Below, piece after piece: positions 1 to 11,904 of a DNA stretch of 48,502 nt; positions within the stretch are counted from its first letter, which is position 1, and each line of letters opens with the position of its first letter. A model generated the notes under the pieces. That model was given only the letters and a program-made list of their open reading frames with translations. It was not told where the DNA came from and made no database searches. The stretch is taken from contig PS015240.1 in assembly GCA_048213135.1 (NCBI GenBank), forward strand, positions 1 through 48,502, written 5' to 3'. A program made the translations under genes and the position numbers. The stretch comes from Reclinomonas americana ATCC 50394. Lineage: Eukaryota.

Positions 1-161
1 TCGTGCTCACTCACTGAGTCATTCGATCACTCTTTAACCATCGATCTGTCTACTCAGAATATCACGTGGTGCACAGAGCCCACTGCTGCAACGAATGACG
101 ACTACAATCTCTCCGTCAACCCTCCACCCTCTCTCATCGCCCCCCTTTCCCCCTCTTGCAC

Positions 162-2479
162 TCACCCCCTGAACACCAACTCGCCCATCGTCTCAAACCG
201 CTTGCCTAGCACCTTCCTCTCCGCCTCCATTGCCTCCTCCAGCGCATCACTGCTGTCCCCATCGTCACCCCTCTCGGGAATCTCCACCACTCCCGTGTAG
301 TAGCGCGCGGTGGCCAGCAGATCCATGTTGGTCGCCGACCACGCCTCGGGGGGCGATCGCAAGAACTTGCCCGAGGCGGTGGTGGCCCACGCGGTCAGCG
401 CCTGCCACACAATAAAGGAGTCGCGTCCCTGCATCTCCTGAATCATGGCGCGCACAGTCTCCATGTGATCCTCCTCCTCTTCGTCGTCGTCGTCCTTTTC
501 ACCATCATCATCTTCATCCTCGTCATCTTCGTCCTCCTCCTCCTCATCGTCATACGACTCTTCATCCTCACCCTCGTCGTCGTGGCGCGCCTCCACCACC
601 TTTTCTTCTTGTTCTTCTTCCACCACTTCGCGCACGTGTGACGACACGCGGCTGCTCTGATCGTCCACGACTGGGGGTGGTGGTGGTATCGGCGCGGTCT
701 GCGCAGCGTAGGTAAATATGCGCGGAGCTCCCGGTGAAGGATCTGCAAGGCAAACGTGGTCAGCGAAAAATAAAGAAGGGATGTGGAGGGGAGTTGATCA
801 CGCACCAATGGTGGGATCCAGCGACGCCACCAGCACAGACGTGGGCTCGGGGTGCGACGGAGGAACCACAAAGGCGGTGGCGGGGGGAGCAGGAGGAGAT
901 GCAGGCACAGCGGGTGTGCGCAGCATTTGGGCCACCGGGAAGCGATGGCGCAGTGACTCCAGCTCGCGTCGCCGACGCGAACGCGGCGACAGCTCCTCCT
1001 CACTCACTGGCGGAGGCGGTGGCGATGACTCGCTGGGCCGACCAATGAGACGGGACACCAGCGGCGAGGGAGTGTAGGTTGGTGACGGTGTGGACGATGA
1101 GGAAGACGATGAAGATGGTGGTGGTGGTGGTGGTGTGGGCGTTGATGGAGGCTCGGGAGCCGCCGACTCAGCAGCGGCTGTGGCGACGGTGGTGGTGGTG
1201 GTGGTGGTGGACGTGACTTCCACAGGCGCAGGTTGCACCACATCTGCTGGCGGTGCCTCTGTGCCGTCGTCGCGCTGCAAAAAGGCCAACATGGCGGCCT
1301 CGGGATCGCCGACCTGCAACACTTGTTGGTGAGAAGCGACTTCAACGCACCGGAAGGAGAAGAGTGGATGGATACACACCGTCACAGCCTCACGCTTTGT
1401 CGCAGGACCAGGGAGCGTGCGGCGGAATACAACGTATGGCAAATGCTGTTGGGACTGTTGCGGCTGCGGTGGTGGTGGTGGCGCGCTCGCGGATGATGAT
1501 GATGCACCACTGCCGGACGCAGAGGCTTCACCCGCGAGTGGAGGAGAGGGAGGCGGCGGCGGATCCTCAAAGCGTACACGGCGGCCACGAGTGGGCCCCT
1601 GCGGAACCACCTCCTCGTGAATGGTGACGGTCGCCGGCGGGGGTGGTGGCGGGGATACCGCGGTCGTGTCGCGCTCCACAACGTCTCCTGTGGCCGAAAT
1701 GAGTAAGAATGAGGAATGTAGAGAGAGGGAGAATAGACGCACCGAGCAGTCGCTGTGCCTTGCTGGCGTCCGAGGAAGACGACGAAGACGGTGTTGGCTT
1801 CTTGCCGGCTCCATGCTTCTTCGGTGCGGGCTTGGGTGGGGGCGCGGATGCGGGCTCTGAACTCGATGGGCCCGCAGCGGCGGCAGCGGAAGCTGCAGCT
1901 GTGGCCGCCAGCGAATCGGCGGCCGCCGTCATCTCTGCATCGCGCCGGCGTCGTGCCGCGTCGAGGATCTCGTCGAACAGGAACAGCGAGTCTTTCACGT
2001 CGTGCACCAGCGGATCGGAGAGGAACTGCTCAATAAATCTGTGCGCGATCGTGAGCAGGGAGGTGTGGGAGAGAAAGGCACGCGCAGCCGCAACTCCATG
2101 AGTGTCTCGGGCGACATGATGGCGCGCTTCGGGTTGTGCAGGCAGGCCTGGCTGAACACGGCGCTGGCCTCGCGGCATCGTCGGGAGCAGAAGGGGAAGT
2201 CGGGGTCGACGGGGGTGGGCTTGTGCTATAGAGGGAAAGGGAGGGGTGAGGGAGAAGGGAAGGGAGGGCAAAGGGGGGGAGGGNNNNNNNNNNNNNNNNN
2301 NNNNNNNNNNNNNNNNNNNNNNNNNNNNNNNNNNNNNNNNNNNNNNNNNNNNNNNNNNNNNNNNNNNNNNNNNNNNNNNNNNNNNNNNNNNNNNNNNNNN
2401 NNNNNNNNNNNNNNNNNNNNNNNNNNNNNNNNNNNNNNNNNNNNNNNNNNNNNNNNNNNNNNNNNNNNNNNNNNNNNNA

Positions 2480-2510
<31 letters not shown>

Positions 2511-3419
2511 GTCCTCCCCCTCCTCGCTCTCTTCTCTTTCCTACGTTGTTGTCACCTCTCTCTCTCTCTCTCTCACACACACACAGTCCCTTTCCCTCTC
2601 GCTCTCTTCTTTCTCCACGTTGTTGCGCCTCCCAGCTCCCACGTCAACAGTGTGTGTATGCGAGTGTATGCGTTTGTGTCTATGTCTCTCGCTTGTTTCC
2701 TTGCCTCTCTCCATCCCCGTGTCGCTTGTTAGTGTGTCAGAGTGAATGTGCAAGCGATGCGATACGAAAGAAATCAGACAAAGAGAGAAAGGTGAGTGAG
2801 GAAGATTCCTGTGCCTCTGAGGAGAGAAATGCATTGAATGCATTATAGCTGAATGGTGGAGACATGCAGAGACAGTCGCAGATGCAAGACCGATCGTTGA
2901 CTCACAGGGGAAGGCAGACGACAGAGGAGAAACTCACTCTTTCTTCTTCTTCTCCTTCCACTCCTCCTCCTCCTCGTCCTCCTCCCTCCTTCTCCTTCCT
3001 CAACTTCTCCTTCTTCTTGTTCTTGTTCTTCTCTTTCGCATTCTCCTTCTCAGTGTTCTCCCAGTTCTTCTCCGTCTTCTTGTTCTTGATCTTGTTCTTC
3101 TCCTATTCTTTCTCCTTCATCTCCTTCTTCTTCTTCTTCTTCTCCTCCTCCACTTCCTCTTCTTCTTCTCTCTCTCTCTGCACACACACACGCTCAATCT
3201 CTTCCACACTGTCTTCAATCTCCTCGACCAGCCATTCATACTGCACACAAACGATAGCTCTTTCCTTCTCCGTCCCTCTGCTTTGTCTCAATCACTCACC
3301 GGCTTTGGTACGATCTCCTCGTCAAGCAAACGTTCGCAGCACGGAAATCCACACCGTTTCATCACCATGGAGCGCTCCTCGAGAATCTCGGCGTACAGGT
3401 CCGCAGTCAGTGCCGGGCT
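162..3419 (-). CDS. RPAP2: RNA polymerase II-associated protein 2 / Rtr1 CTD phosphatase homolog (multi-exon, 5' end in N gap, 3' end uncertain)
   Basis: Exons 3419-3300 (LTADLYAEILEERSMVMKRCGFPCC), 3240-~3190, 2225-2095 (FPFCSRRCREASAVF), 2038-1743, 1687-806 (possible in-frame intron 1379-1314) and 742-~162 (SFIVWQALTAWATTASGKFL), bounded by GT-AG. ERS..CG(F/Y)PxC plus FCSxxCxxAS is the RTR1-type Zn finger, and the W..L..W.T....FL motif matches the RPAP2 C-terminal part. Confidence 0.8.
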
Positions 3420-4299
3420 CTGTGTCACATGGGGCGAGTGAGTAAATGCAGAGCGCGATGAAATTCCGAGAGTTGTTGTGTTGAGACAGAGAGTGCAAGA
3501 GCGCATGAGACAGAGAGTGCAAGAGCACAGGAGTACGCAAGTATTAGAGCGATGTCTCAGTGCTGNNNNNNNNNNNNNNNNNNNNNNNNNNNNNNNNNNN
3601 NNNNNNNNNNNNNNNNNNNNNNNNNNNNNNNNNNNNNNNNNNNNNNNNNNNNNNNNNNNNNNNNNNNNNNNNNNNNNNNNNNNNNNNNNNNNNNNNNNNN
3701 NNNNNNNNNNNNNNNNNNNNNNNNNNNNNNNNNNNNNNNNNNNNNNNNNNNNNNNNNNNNNNNNNNNNNNNNNNNNNNNNNNNNNNNNNNNNNNNNNNNN
3801 NNNNNNNNNNNNNNNNNNNNNNNNNNNNNNNNNNNNNNNNNNNNNNNNNNNNNNNNNNNNNNNNNNNNNNNNNNNNNNNNNNNNNNNNNNNNNNNNNNNN
3901 NNNNNNNNNNNNNNNNNNNNNNNNNNNNNNNNNNNNNNNNNNNNNNNNNNNNNNNNNNNNNNNNNNNNNNNNNNNNNNNNNNNNNNNNNNNNNNNNNNNN
4001 NNNNNNNNNNNNNNNNNNNNNNNNNNNNNNNNNNNNNNNNNNNNNNNNNNNNNNNNNNNNNNNNNNNNNNNNNNNNNNNNNNNNNNNNNNNNNNNNNNNN
4101 NNNNNNNNNNNNNNNNNNNNNNNNNNNNNNNNNNNNGTCACACACATTCACTCACTATCTCATTTTCCCTCACTATCTCTCCCCATCACACGCAACACAC
4201 GCTTCCAAAAACTGCCACGGCGTACTCGCTCGCGTAAACAGCACTTGCTGCAAGAGCAAAATGTGACCTCGTGCGCGCTCCATCCCAACCTCGACCAAA

Positions 4300-4790
4300 G
4301 TAAAATGGACAAACAGAGGATGACGTCACTTTCACCGCGCAACAGAGGGGCTTTGCACGAGGCGGAAAAACAAAGTGAACAAGCGCAGCTTCTTTCCGCA
4401 GACAGAACGTGCTTCAGAAGGAAACACAAATGCAAATCTCCTCGTCTCGTGGACAGTCGTGGACAGATCATGATGATCACTTTCACCACACTGATTCTTG
4501 GGATGCACCACACAACGCCTTTCGCATACTATTGCACTCCCTTCGTAGACTGCATGCGCTGCAAAAAGCAGAGAGTGCAAATTTTTCCTTGCTCGTGGAC
4601 AATCGCGGACAGATGACGTCACTTCACCCGCTTTGTGTTTTTACCTGTGATGCACCACACTGCAACGCCTTTCGCATGCTTTTGCACTCTTCTCACAGAT
4701 AGCACACGCTGCAAATAAAACACAGTGCAAGTCTTCTCCATGTTTCGTGGACAGTCATGGACAGATGACGTCACTTTCGCGCCACCACGC
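4300..4790. repeat. Degenerate ~150-bp tandem repeat in the RPAP2/RAD51D divergent intergenic region
   Basis: Unit contains (c)gtggacagtcrtggacagaTGACGTCActt. TGACGTCA at 4321, 4614 and 4766, with a degenerate copy near 4474. Confidence 0.75.
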
Positions 4791-4804
4791 ACTTGCAAAC
4801 CCGC

Positions 4805-7224
4805 ATGTCGATTGGAGAGGAGGAGGAGAGCTTTCGGAGAGAGCAGCTGGAGGAGCACGGGTTGGGCAGAGGTTTGTGAGATTCGGCGCTTTGTGTGTCC
4901 TCTCTTCTTTTTTTCTCATTGTGTTGTTTTATTTTTTGCAGATGCCGCTCTTCTTCTCTTTGATGAGCGACGGAGCAGCGATGCGCCAGTGATGCGCGTG
5001 TTTTCACCAAGTGTTGCGTTTTTCTTCACTCACTCTCTCTCTCTCTCACACACACACACAGACGCACAAGTTGTCAGTGATTCGCTCAATCTCTCACTGA
5101 CTGACTCTCTCTTCTCTCCTCCTCCTTTCCACTCACCTTTTGCTGTTTACTTCCCCCTCCCTCACGCTCTCCCTGCCTCAATCACTCTGCTCTTTACTTG
5201 CCATCTCACTCTCTCTCTCACTCGCCCTCTTCCCCCTTCCTTCTCCGTTCCTGCTCCACCCTTTCCCCTCCTTCACTCATTGCACTCACACCTGCACTCT
5301 CTCTCCCTTCTCCCCGTTCTCCCTCCCCTTCCCTTCTCCCTCCTTCTCCCTCTCCTCACAAACTCACAAACTCACTCCGTCCCTTGCTCTTCTCTCTCCC
5401 CTTCGCACCCTTCTCCCTCCCTCCCCTTCCCTTCTCCATCCCTTCTCCCTCCTTCTCCCTCTCCTCACAAACTCACAAACTCACTCCGTCCCTTGCTCTT
5501 CTCTCTCCCCTTCGCACCCTTCTCCCTCCCTCCCCTTCCCTTCTCCATCCCTTCTCCCTCCTTCTCCCTCTCCTCACAAACTCACAAACTCACAAACTCA
5601 CTCCGTCCCTTCCCCTTCTCTCTCCCCTTCGCACCCTTCTCCCTCCCCTTCCCTTCTCCATCCCTTCCCTCTCCCTCTAACCCACAGGAGCTCCGCTCAT
5701 ACCGACTGGCCGCTGCGGAGCGCTTGGCGCCACCGCGCGTCTCCGTGCAAGACATGTTGCGGAGAATGAGTGTGCCGACGCGGTTGACGCACCTGGCCAC
5801 CGGTGTTGCCACGTTGCGTTGCCTGCTGATGCTGCCTCGTTCTCTTCCTCTTTCACCTTCATTCTCTTCCCCTTCGTCTTCTTCTTCGTTCATCGTCTTT
5901 CTCGTCTTCTTCTTCTTCTACTTCTCTCAATCCTCGTTCCTTGTCTTTCTTTTCTCCTCCCCCTCCGTCTTCTTGTTGTTCTTGGTTCTTGCTGTTGTTT
6001 GTTGTTCTTGTTCTTCTTCTCCTCCTCCCTCCTCCTCCTCCTCCTCCTCCTCCTTGCCCTCATCCCCCCTCCCCCCTTTCTCCCCCTTCCCCCTTCTCCT
6101 GCCCCCCTTCCCCCCTTCCCCTTCCCTCCCTCACCCTCCTCCCCCCACCCAGCATCGACGACCTCCTGGGCGGCGGCATTGCCGTGGGCGAGGTCACCGA
6201 GATTGTAGGTCCCACCGCCAGCGGAAAGACGCAGGTATTTTTTAAAGGAACCTCAACTTTCCCTTTCCCTGATCTCTCTCTCTCTCTCTCTCTCTCTCTC
6301 ATGGCTCACTCCCAGCTGATGCACCACCTCACCGCCACCACCCTCCTCCTCCCGCTGCGTCCCACCGTCGTCTACGTCGACACCTCCAACTCGTTCTCCC
6401 CGGACCGCCTGCTGGCGTTCCTCCAAACTCTCGCCGCACCCGAGGTCGCCGACAATGAGGAGTTTCTGCGCGACGCCATGTCGCGGACTCGCTGCGTGCG
6501 ACTGTACTCGCTGGTCGAGCTCACGCGGCGACTGGCCTCGTTTGTGCATCAGTGGCCCTCGCAGCAGCAGCAGGGAGCAGTTGAGTAGGAGTGCAAAAGT
6601 CCGTGTGTGGCGATTCACAAGCTCAATGCCTCGCCCTGACAGTGCTACCCGCTGCTGATTGTCGACTCGCCCGGTGCCTGCCTGGCAGTGGAGATTGGTG
6701 GCGAGAAGCTCGCGGGCCATCAACAAATGGTGAACATTACGCGCTCCGTGAAGCAGCTGGCGGTGGAGCGGGGAGTGGCCGTGTGTCTGGTGAACCACAC
6801 CGTCGGAAGCAATAGCGTGATGGATGAGTCGGTGGCGGCGACCGACGAAGGTGCGTGTGTGTACATAACCGCTCGTGGTTACAGGAGTGGCCTCACACTC
6901 AGATCGACAGTGATTGTCAAGGCTGCGTTGGGCGACTCGTGGGCCGCCGGCTCGCACACACAGTTGGTGTTGTTTCACGGCGAGGGTGTTCGTCGCACGG
7001 GCGGCGGTGGCGGTGGCGGTGGTGGTGGTCATACGCACCGTCGCGCCACCATTGCTCGCAGCTCGGTGGAGCCCCCACCACAGGCAGGTGGCTCGCAACC
7101 GTGCTGCGTGTCATTTTCCATTGCCGACGACGCCTTGCTGTCGGTGTCTGCCGAGGCCGAGGCGACAGGCAGTGGTGCAGTGCATGCGGTCGCGCACCGC
7201 CAGGAAGCAATGATGGCAACGTAG
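4805..7224 (+). CDS. RAD51D: RAD51 paralog, most similar to RAD51D
   Basis: Exons ~4805-4871, ~4942-4997, 5688-5812, 6153-6234, 6316-6579, 6643-6850, 6911-7224. Motifs: LATGVATIDDLLGGGIAVGEVTEIVGPTASGKTQ (Walker A), VVYVDTSNSFSPDRL, LLIVDS (Walker B), AVCLVNH, KAALGDSW. The first two exons are less certain. Confidence 0.82.
5335..5675. repeat. Intronic pyrimidine-rich ~109-bp tandem repeat (about 3 copies)
   Basis: tccttctccctctcctcacaaactcacaaactcac recurs at about 5341, 5450 and 5559. Confidence 0.75.
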
Positions 7225-7907
7225 CATGAACGAGGAGTACGCCGCCCGTGGTTCCGCGATGCCGAGGACGAAGGGAGCTCTCGGTTGATGTGCACGTCAA
7301 AAGCAGACTTGCATTAGTGCTCGGACAAACTCAACAGATAATGAAACGAAGGGGTTTTCAGCGTTTCTTCATGCAAACAAAACACTTCATTCACCACATT
7401 CCAACAATATACAAAACACATAGTTACTCTTCTCCAACAGTCATCTTTCCTTTCAGGAGGCTTGGCCTCAAAAAGGATAGCGGCCTACGTACGCGCTGCA
7501 GTTGTTGAAGCTGGGTGCTGCAGTTGCGTCTCGATGGTAACAACAAATTCATTCACCAACAAACAAGCAACAGCTGTCTTGATGACCAAGTTCAACCGTA
7601 TCCAAAACATCAGCACAGACACCAATCTTGAGGCAGCAGCAGGTAATATAATAGAACTTCACTGAGACATACAAAACAATGAGCGTCTACCAGTGATCGC
7701 CAACAAGTCTCGCGTGCTTTCCTTCTACAACTAAAACTAAGTGTGTTGTCGATGTTGAGAATAAAGACCTATTCAGGACCAGGCCATTCTATTTGGTCTG
7801 AGACTGGTGCGAGACAAGTTGCTTGGTTCTGACTTTGAGCCGGCTTGCAAAACAGCTGCTGCTGCTCGTTGGTGATCAGGAATGAAAAGCTGTTGCCATC
7901 CAATCCC

Positions 7908-8993
7908 CTACAGTCCAAGGCCACCGTCAGAGAAGGACCGATAGGCGACAACCTCAGCCTCCTCCACCAAGAAGCACCGCAGCACGATCTCCACCAGGCA
8001 TCGCGGGTCACCCTCTTCGTCGCCCTCACACTGCATCTCCTGCACTGCGCGCATGGCCGAGCGCGCACAGCCGAGCTCCAGGCGAGCGAGGCCGCACGGC
8101 GTCGACCACACTCTCACCGTCTTGTCCGCACTCCCGCTCACGACATGCTGACTGCAGGGAGTGACGGCAACACTACGCACCCACCCACTGTGTCCCGTCA
8201 GCCGCCGCACCTCCTTTCCACTCGCCAACGACCACACTCGCACTGTGTGGTCGTAACTCCCACTCACTGCGTGCTGACCATCGGCAGTGACAACGACAGC
8301 GTAAACCAAAGACGCGTGTCCATCCATTCGTCGCACCTCCTTGCCACTCGCCAGCAACCACACTCGCACTGTCGTGTCATCGCCCCCGCTCACCACGTGC
8401 AGACCGTCGCAAGTGATGGCGACACAAAACACCACACAACAATATGCATTCCACAGTCGCACTTCTTCCCCAGTCGCAAGAGACCACACTCGCACAGTAG
8501 TATCATCACCCCCGCTCACCACGTGCAGACCATCGGGAGTGACGGCCACAGACATCACCCTTCCCGCGTGTCCCTCCATCCGTTTCACTTGCTCTCCACT
8601 TGCCACAGACCACACTCGCACGCTCTTGTCCTTGCTCCCGCTAACAATGTGCTGCCCGTCGGGAGTGACGGCAACAGAGAGCACGTCTGCAGTATGTCCC
8701 TCCAACTGATACACTTGCTCACCACTCGCCAGTGACCACACTCGCACAGTGCTATCCGCACTTCCGTTCACAATGTGTCGCCCGTCGGGAGTGATGGCGA
8801 GAGACGTCACCCAGTTGGTCTGTCCCTCCAGTCGTTGCGCTTTCTCTCCACTGGCAAGTGGCCACACACGGATTGTCTCGTCAAAGCCGCCACTCACAAC
8901 GTGCTGCCCGTCGGGAGTGATGGCGACAGACCACAGCTTGTCAAGGTGGCCACGCAGGCACTTGTGTGGGAGAGACGGGGGAGGTGAGGACAT
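7908..8993 (-). CDS. WD40 array gene A1: 7-blade WD40 + conserved C-terminal tail
   Basis: Intronless ORF MSSPPPSLPHKCLRGH, 7 GH..V.SVAVTPDG.HVVSG..D.TVRVW repeats, tail STPCGLARLEL...RCLVEIVLRCFLVEE...DGGLGL*. Start chosen by alignment to paralogues. Confidence 0.9.
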   Translation of the reverse strand: MSSPPPSLPHKCLRGHLDKLWSVAITPDGQHVVSGGFDETIRVWPLASGEKAQRLEGQTNWVTSLAITPDGRHIVNGSADSTVRVWSLASGEQVYQLEGHTADVLSVAVTPDGQHIVSGSKDKSVRVWSVASGEQVKRMEGHAGRVMSVAVTPDGLHVVSGGDDTTVRVWSLATGEEVRLWNAYCCVVFCVAITCDGLHVVSGGDDTTVRVWLLASGKEVRRMDGHASLVYAVVVTADGQHAVSGSYDHTVRVWSLASGKEVRRLTGHSGWVRSVAVTPCSQHVVSGSADKTVRVWSTPCGLARLELGCARSAMRAVQEMQCEGDEEGDPRCLVEIVLRCFLVEEAEVVAYRSFSDGGLGL

Positions 8994-9207
8994 GGTGAGA
9001 CAGGGCAAAGGATCGGGCAAAGAGTGTGCGTATTTGACGGAGTTGTCATTTGGAGTGAGGACATGGATAGACTTCGTGTTGTTTATTGAGAGACAAAGCA
9101 ATGCAGAAGCAGGAGGAGAACGAGGGGAAGAAAACAGTAACAGAAAAAACAAAAAGAGTGAAACAAACAGAAGAGGAAAGAGAACAGCGATCAATGCAAA
9201 CAGTAAA

Positions 9208-9238
<31 letters not shown>

Positions 9239-9268
9239 CTTCGTCTTCTTCTTTTCTCTCTCCACGAT

Positions 9269-10348
9269 TCACAGCCCGAGCCCCCCGGCAGAGAATGACC
9301 GATGGACGACAACCTCCGCCTCCTCCACCAAGAAGCACCGCAGCACGATCTCCGCCAGGCATCGAGAATCATCCTCTTCGTCGCCCTCCCCCTGCATTTC
9401 TTGCACGGCACACAACGCCGAACGTACCGCATCGAGCTCTTGCCGAGCCAGGCCGCACGGCGTCAACCACACACGTATCGTCTTGTCCGTACCCCCGCTC
9501 ACGATATGCTGACCGCAGGGAGTGACGGCGACAGACATCACCCAGTGGGTGTGTCTCTCCAATCGTCGCACCTCCTCGCCACTCGTTAACGCCCACACTC
9601 GCACTGTTTGGTCATAACTCCCACTCACCACGTGTTGGCCATTGGGAGTGACGGCGACAGAGGTCACCTTGTCCATGTGCCCCACCAGTCGTCGCACCTC
9701 CTCCTCACTTGCCATGCACCACTCTCGTACAGTGTTGTCCCCACTCCCACTCACAACGAACTGACCGTCGGGTGTGACGGCGACACTGTACACCACACTG
9801 CGATGACCACTCCACCGTCGCACCTCCTCGCCACTCGCCAGCGACCACAGGCGCACTGTGTTATCCCCACTCCCACTCACAAGGTGCTGCCCGTCGGGAG
9901 TGACGGCGACTGCCGACACGGAGCCAATGTGCCCCTCCATTCGTCGCGTCTCTTCACCACTCGCCAGTGACCACACTCGCACTCTCCCGTCTGTATACCC
10001 GCAGATAACACCATCGTGGGTGACGGCAACAGAGAGCACCCAGCTCGCGTGTCCCTCCAACCGTCGCACTTCTGCTCCACTCGCCATTGACCACACTCGC
10101 ACAGTGTTGTCTCCACCGGCACTCACAATGTGCTGACCATCGGGAGTGATGGCGATACTCCTAACCCAGCGTGTGTGCCCCTCCAGCCGACGCACCTCCT
10201 TGCCAGTCACCAGTGACCACACTTGCACTGTCACGTCATTACTCGCAGAAACAATGTGCTGACCATCTGGGGAGGTGGCGAGTGCGGTCACACATTTGGA
10301 GTGCCCGCGCAGGCACTTGTGTGGGAGAGATGAAGGAGTCGAGGCCAT
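9269..10348 (-). CDS. WD40 array gene A2
   Basis: Intronless MASTPSSLPHKCLRGH, 7 WD40 repeats, same tail. Confidence 0.9.
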   Translation of the reverse strand: MASTPSSLPHKCLRGHSKCVTALATSPDGQHIVSASNDVTVQVWSLVTGKEVRRLEGHTRWVRSIAITPDGQHIVSAGGDNTVRVWSMASGAEVRRLEGHASWVLSVAVTHDGVICGYTDGRVRVWSLASGEETRRMEGHIGSVSAVAVTPDGQHLVSGSGDNTVRLWSLASGEEVRRWSGHRSVVYSVAVTPDGQFVVSGSGDNTVREWCMASEEEVRRLVGHMDKVTSVAVTPNGQHVVSGSYDQTVRVWALTSGEEVRRLERHTHWVMSVAVTPCGQHIVSGGTDKTIRVWLTPCGLARQELDAVRSALCAVQEMQGEGDEEDDSRCLAEIVLRCFLVEEAEVVVHRSFSAGGLGL

Positions 10349-10609
10349 GGTGCGTGACTGAGAGCAGAGAGATAAATTGATGCACTGTGTGCGAGTCACG
10401 ATGTGGAATGAGTTGTCCTTCAAACGAAGGACTTACTTCTCAACAAGGACGTCGCTCGTCAACGTTAACTGTATTATTACAACCAAGAGAGACAGAGCCT
10501 GGCAGAGGCGCGGATGCGGCATCAGAAAGCAACGTAGAGGCAAATTTACGACATGAGAGAGAGAGAGAGAGACGGACAGCAAGCACAACCACCTCCTTCT
10601 CTTGGGACA

Positions 10610-11701
10610 TCACAGTCGGAGACTGCCGTCTGCGAAGCATCTGTGCACAATGCTCTCTGCATCCTCGACGATGAAACACCGCAACACAATCTCCACCAAG
10701 CAGCGCCGATCCACTTCTTCTTCGCCTTCTCCCTCACGTTGCATCTCCTGCACAGCGCGCATCGCTGAACGTGCCGCGTCGAGCTCCTGTCGAGCGAAAC
10801 CGCACGGCGTCGACCACACTCGCACTGTGCCATCGTCATTTCCACTCACGACATGCTGACCGTCGGGAGTGAAGGCGACAGCGTGCACGTAACTGGCGTG
10901 CCCCTGCAGTCGTTGCACTTCACTGCCTGTGGCCAGCGACCACACTCGCACCGTCCGGTCCCAGCTCCCGCTGACGACATGCTGACCATCGGGGGTCACG
11001 GCGACTACTGACACCGGATAGGTGTGACCCTCCATCCGTCTCACTTCGTTCCCGCTCGCCAGCGACCACACGCGCACGGTCATATCATTGCTGCCACTGA
11101 CTACGTGCTGGCTATCGGGAGTGACGACGACTGCAGACACCGAGTCCGTATGCCCCTCCATCCGTCTCACCTCCTCCCCGCTCGCCAGTGACCACACATG
11201 TACAATCTTGTCACGACTCCCACTCACCACGTGCTGACCATCGAGAGTGACGGCGACAGACCACACCACACTGATGTGCCCCTCCAAGCGTCGCACCTCC
11301 TCGCCACTCGCCACTGACCACACACGGACTGTGTAGTCATCACTTGCACTCACCACGTGATGTCCATCGGGGGTGACGGCGACAGACAACACCGTACTGA
11401 TGTGCCCCTCCAAGCGTCGCACCTCCTCGCCACTCGCCAGTGACCACACTCGCACAGTGAAGTCCTGGCTCCCACTGACGATATGTTGACCATCGAGAGT
11501 CACCGCGACGGAGAACACGATGCCGGTGTGTCCCACCAGCCGACGCACCTCCTTGCCACTTGTAAGTGACCACACACGCACAGTCTTGTCTCTTCCACCG
11601 CTCACTACATGCTGACCATCGCGGTTGATGGTGATGGAACGCACTTGTAGAGTATGTCCCTCCAAGCACATGCTCAGGAGGAAGCGAGGGGCTGAGGACA
11701 T
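10610..11701 (-). CDS. WD40 array gene A3
   Basis: Intronless MSSAPRFLLSMCLEGH, 7 WD40 repeats, same tail. Confidence 0.9.
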   Translation of the reverse strand: MSSAPRFLLSMCLEGHTLQVRSITINRDGQHVVSGGRDKTVRVWSLTSGKEVRRLVGHTGIVFSVAVTLDGQHIVSGSQDFTVRVWSLASGEEVRRLEGHISTVLSVAVTPDGHHVVSASDDYTVRVWSVASGEEVRRLEGHISVVWSVAVTLDGQHVVSGSRDKIVHVWSLASGEEVRRMEGHTDSVSAVVVTPDSQHVVSGSNDMTVRVWSLASGNEVRRMEGHTYPVSVVAVTPDGQHVVSGSWDRTVRVWSLATGSEVQRLQGHASYVHAVAFTPDGQHVVSGNDDGTVRVWSTPCGFARQELDAARSAMRAVQEMQREGEGEEEVDRRCLVEIVLRCFIVEDAESIVHRCFADGSLRL

Positions 11702-11904
11702 GATGTGTGTGTGTGTGCCGACGGGCAGAGTGCGTGTGTGTGTGATTTGTTGGTGAATGAATGTGTCCTCCCCTTTGCGGACGGGGGGACGTCACGTCGT
11801 CGCCATTGTTGCATGCTTGCTGCTCGACGATTTACTATACAGACAAGGCGGACGAGCACTTGATGACGCGGACACACCGGAAACCCTCTCTCCCTCTCCA
11901 CTGG

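Noticed and set aside
2002-6245. Long ORFs spanning N runs or CT/GA microsatellites (also 19563-20588, 23491-26007, 43994-47020)
   Set aside because: Open only because of N or low-complexity sequence; the real coding parts are the exons listed in the features.
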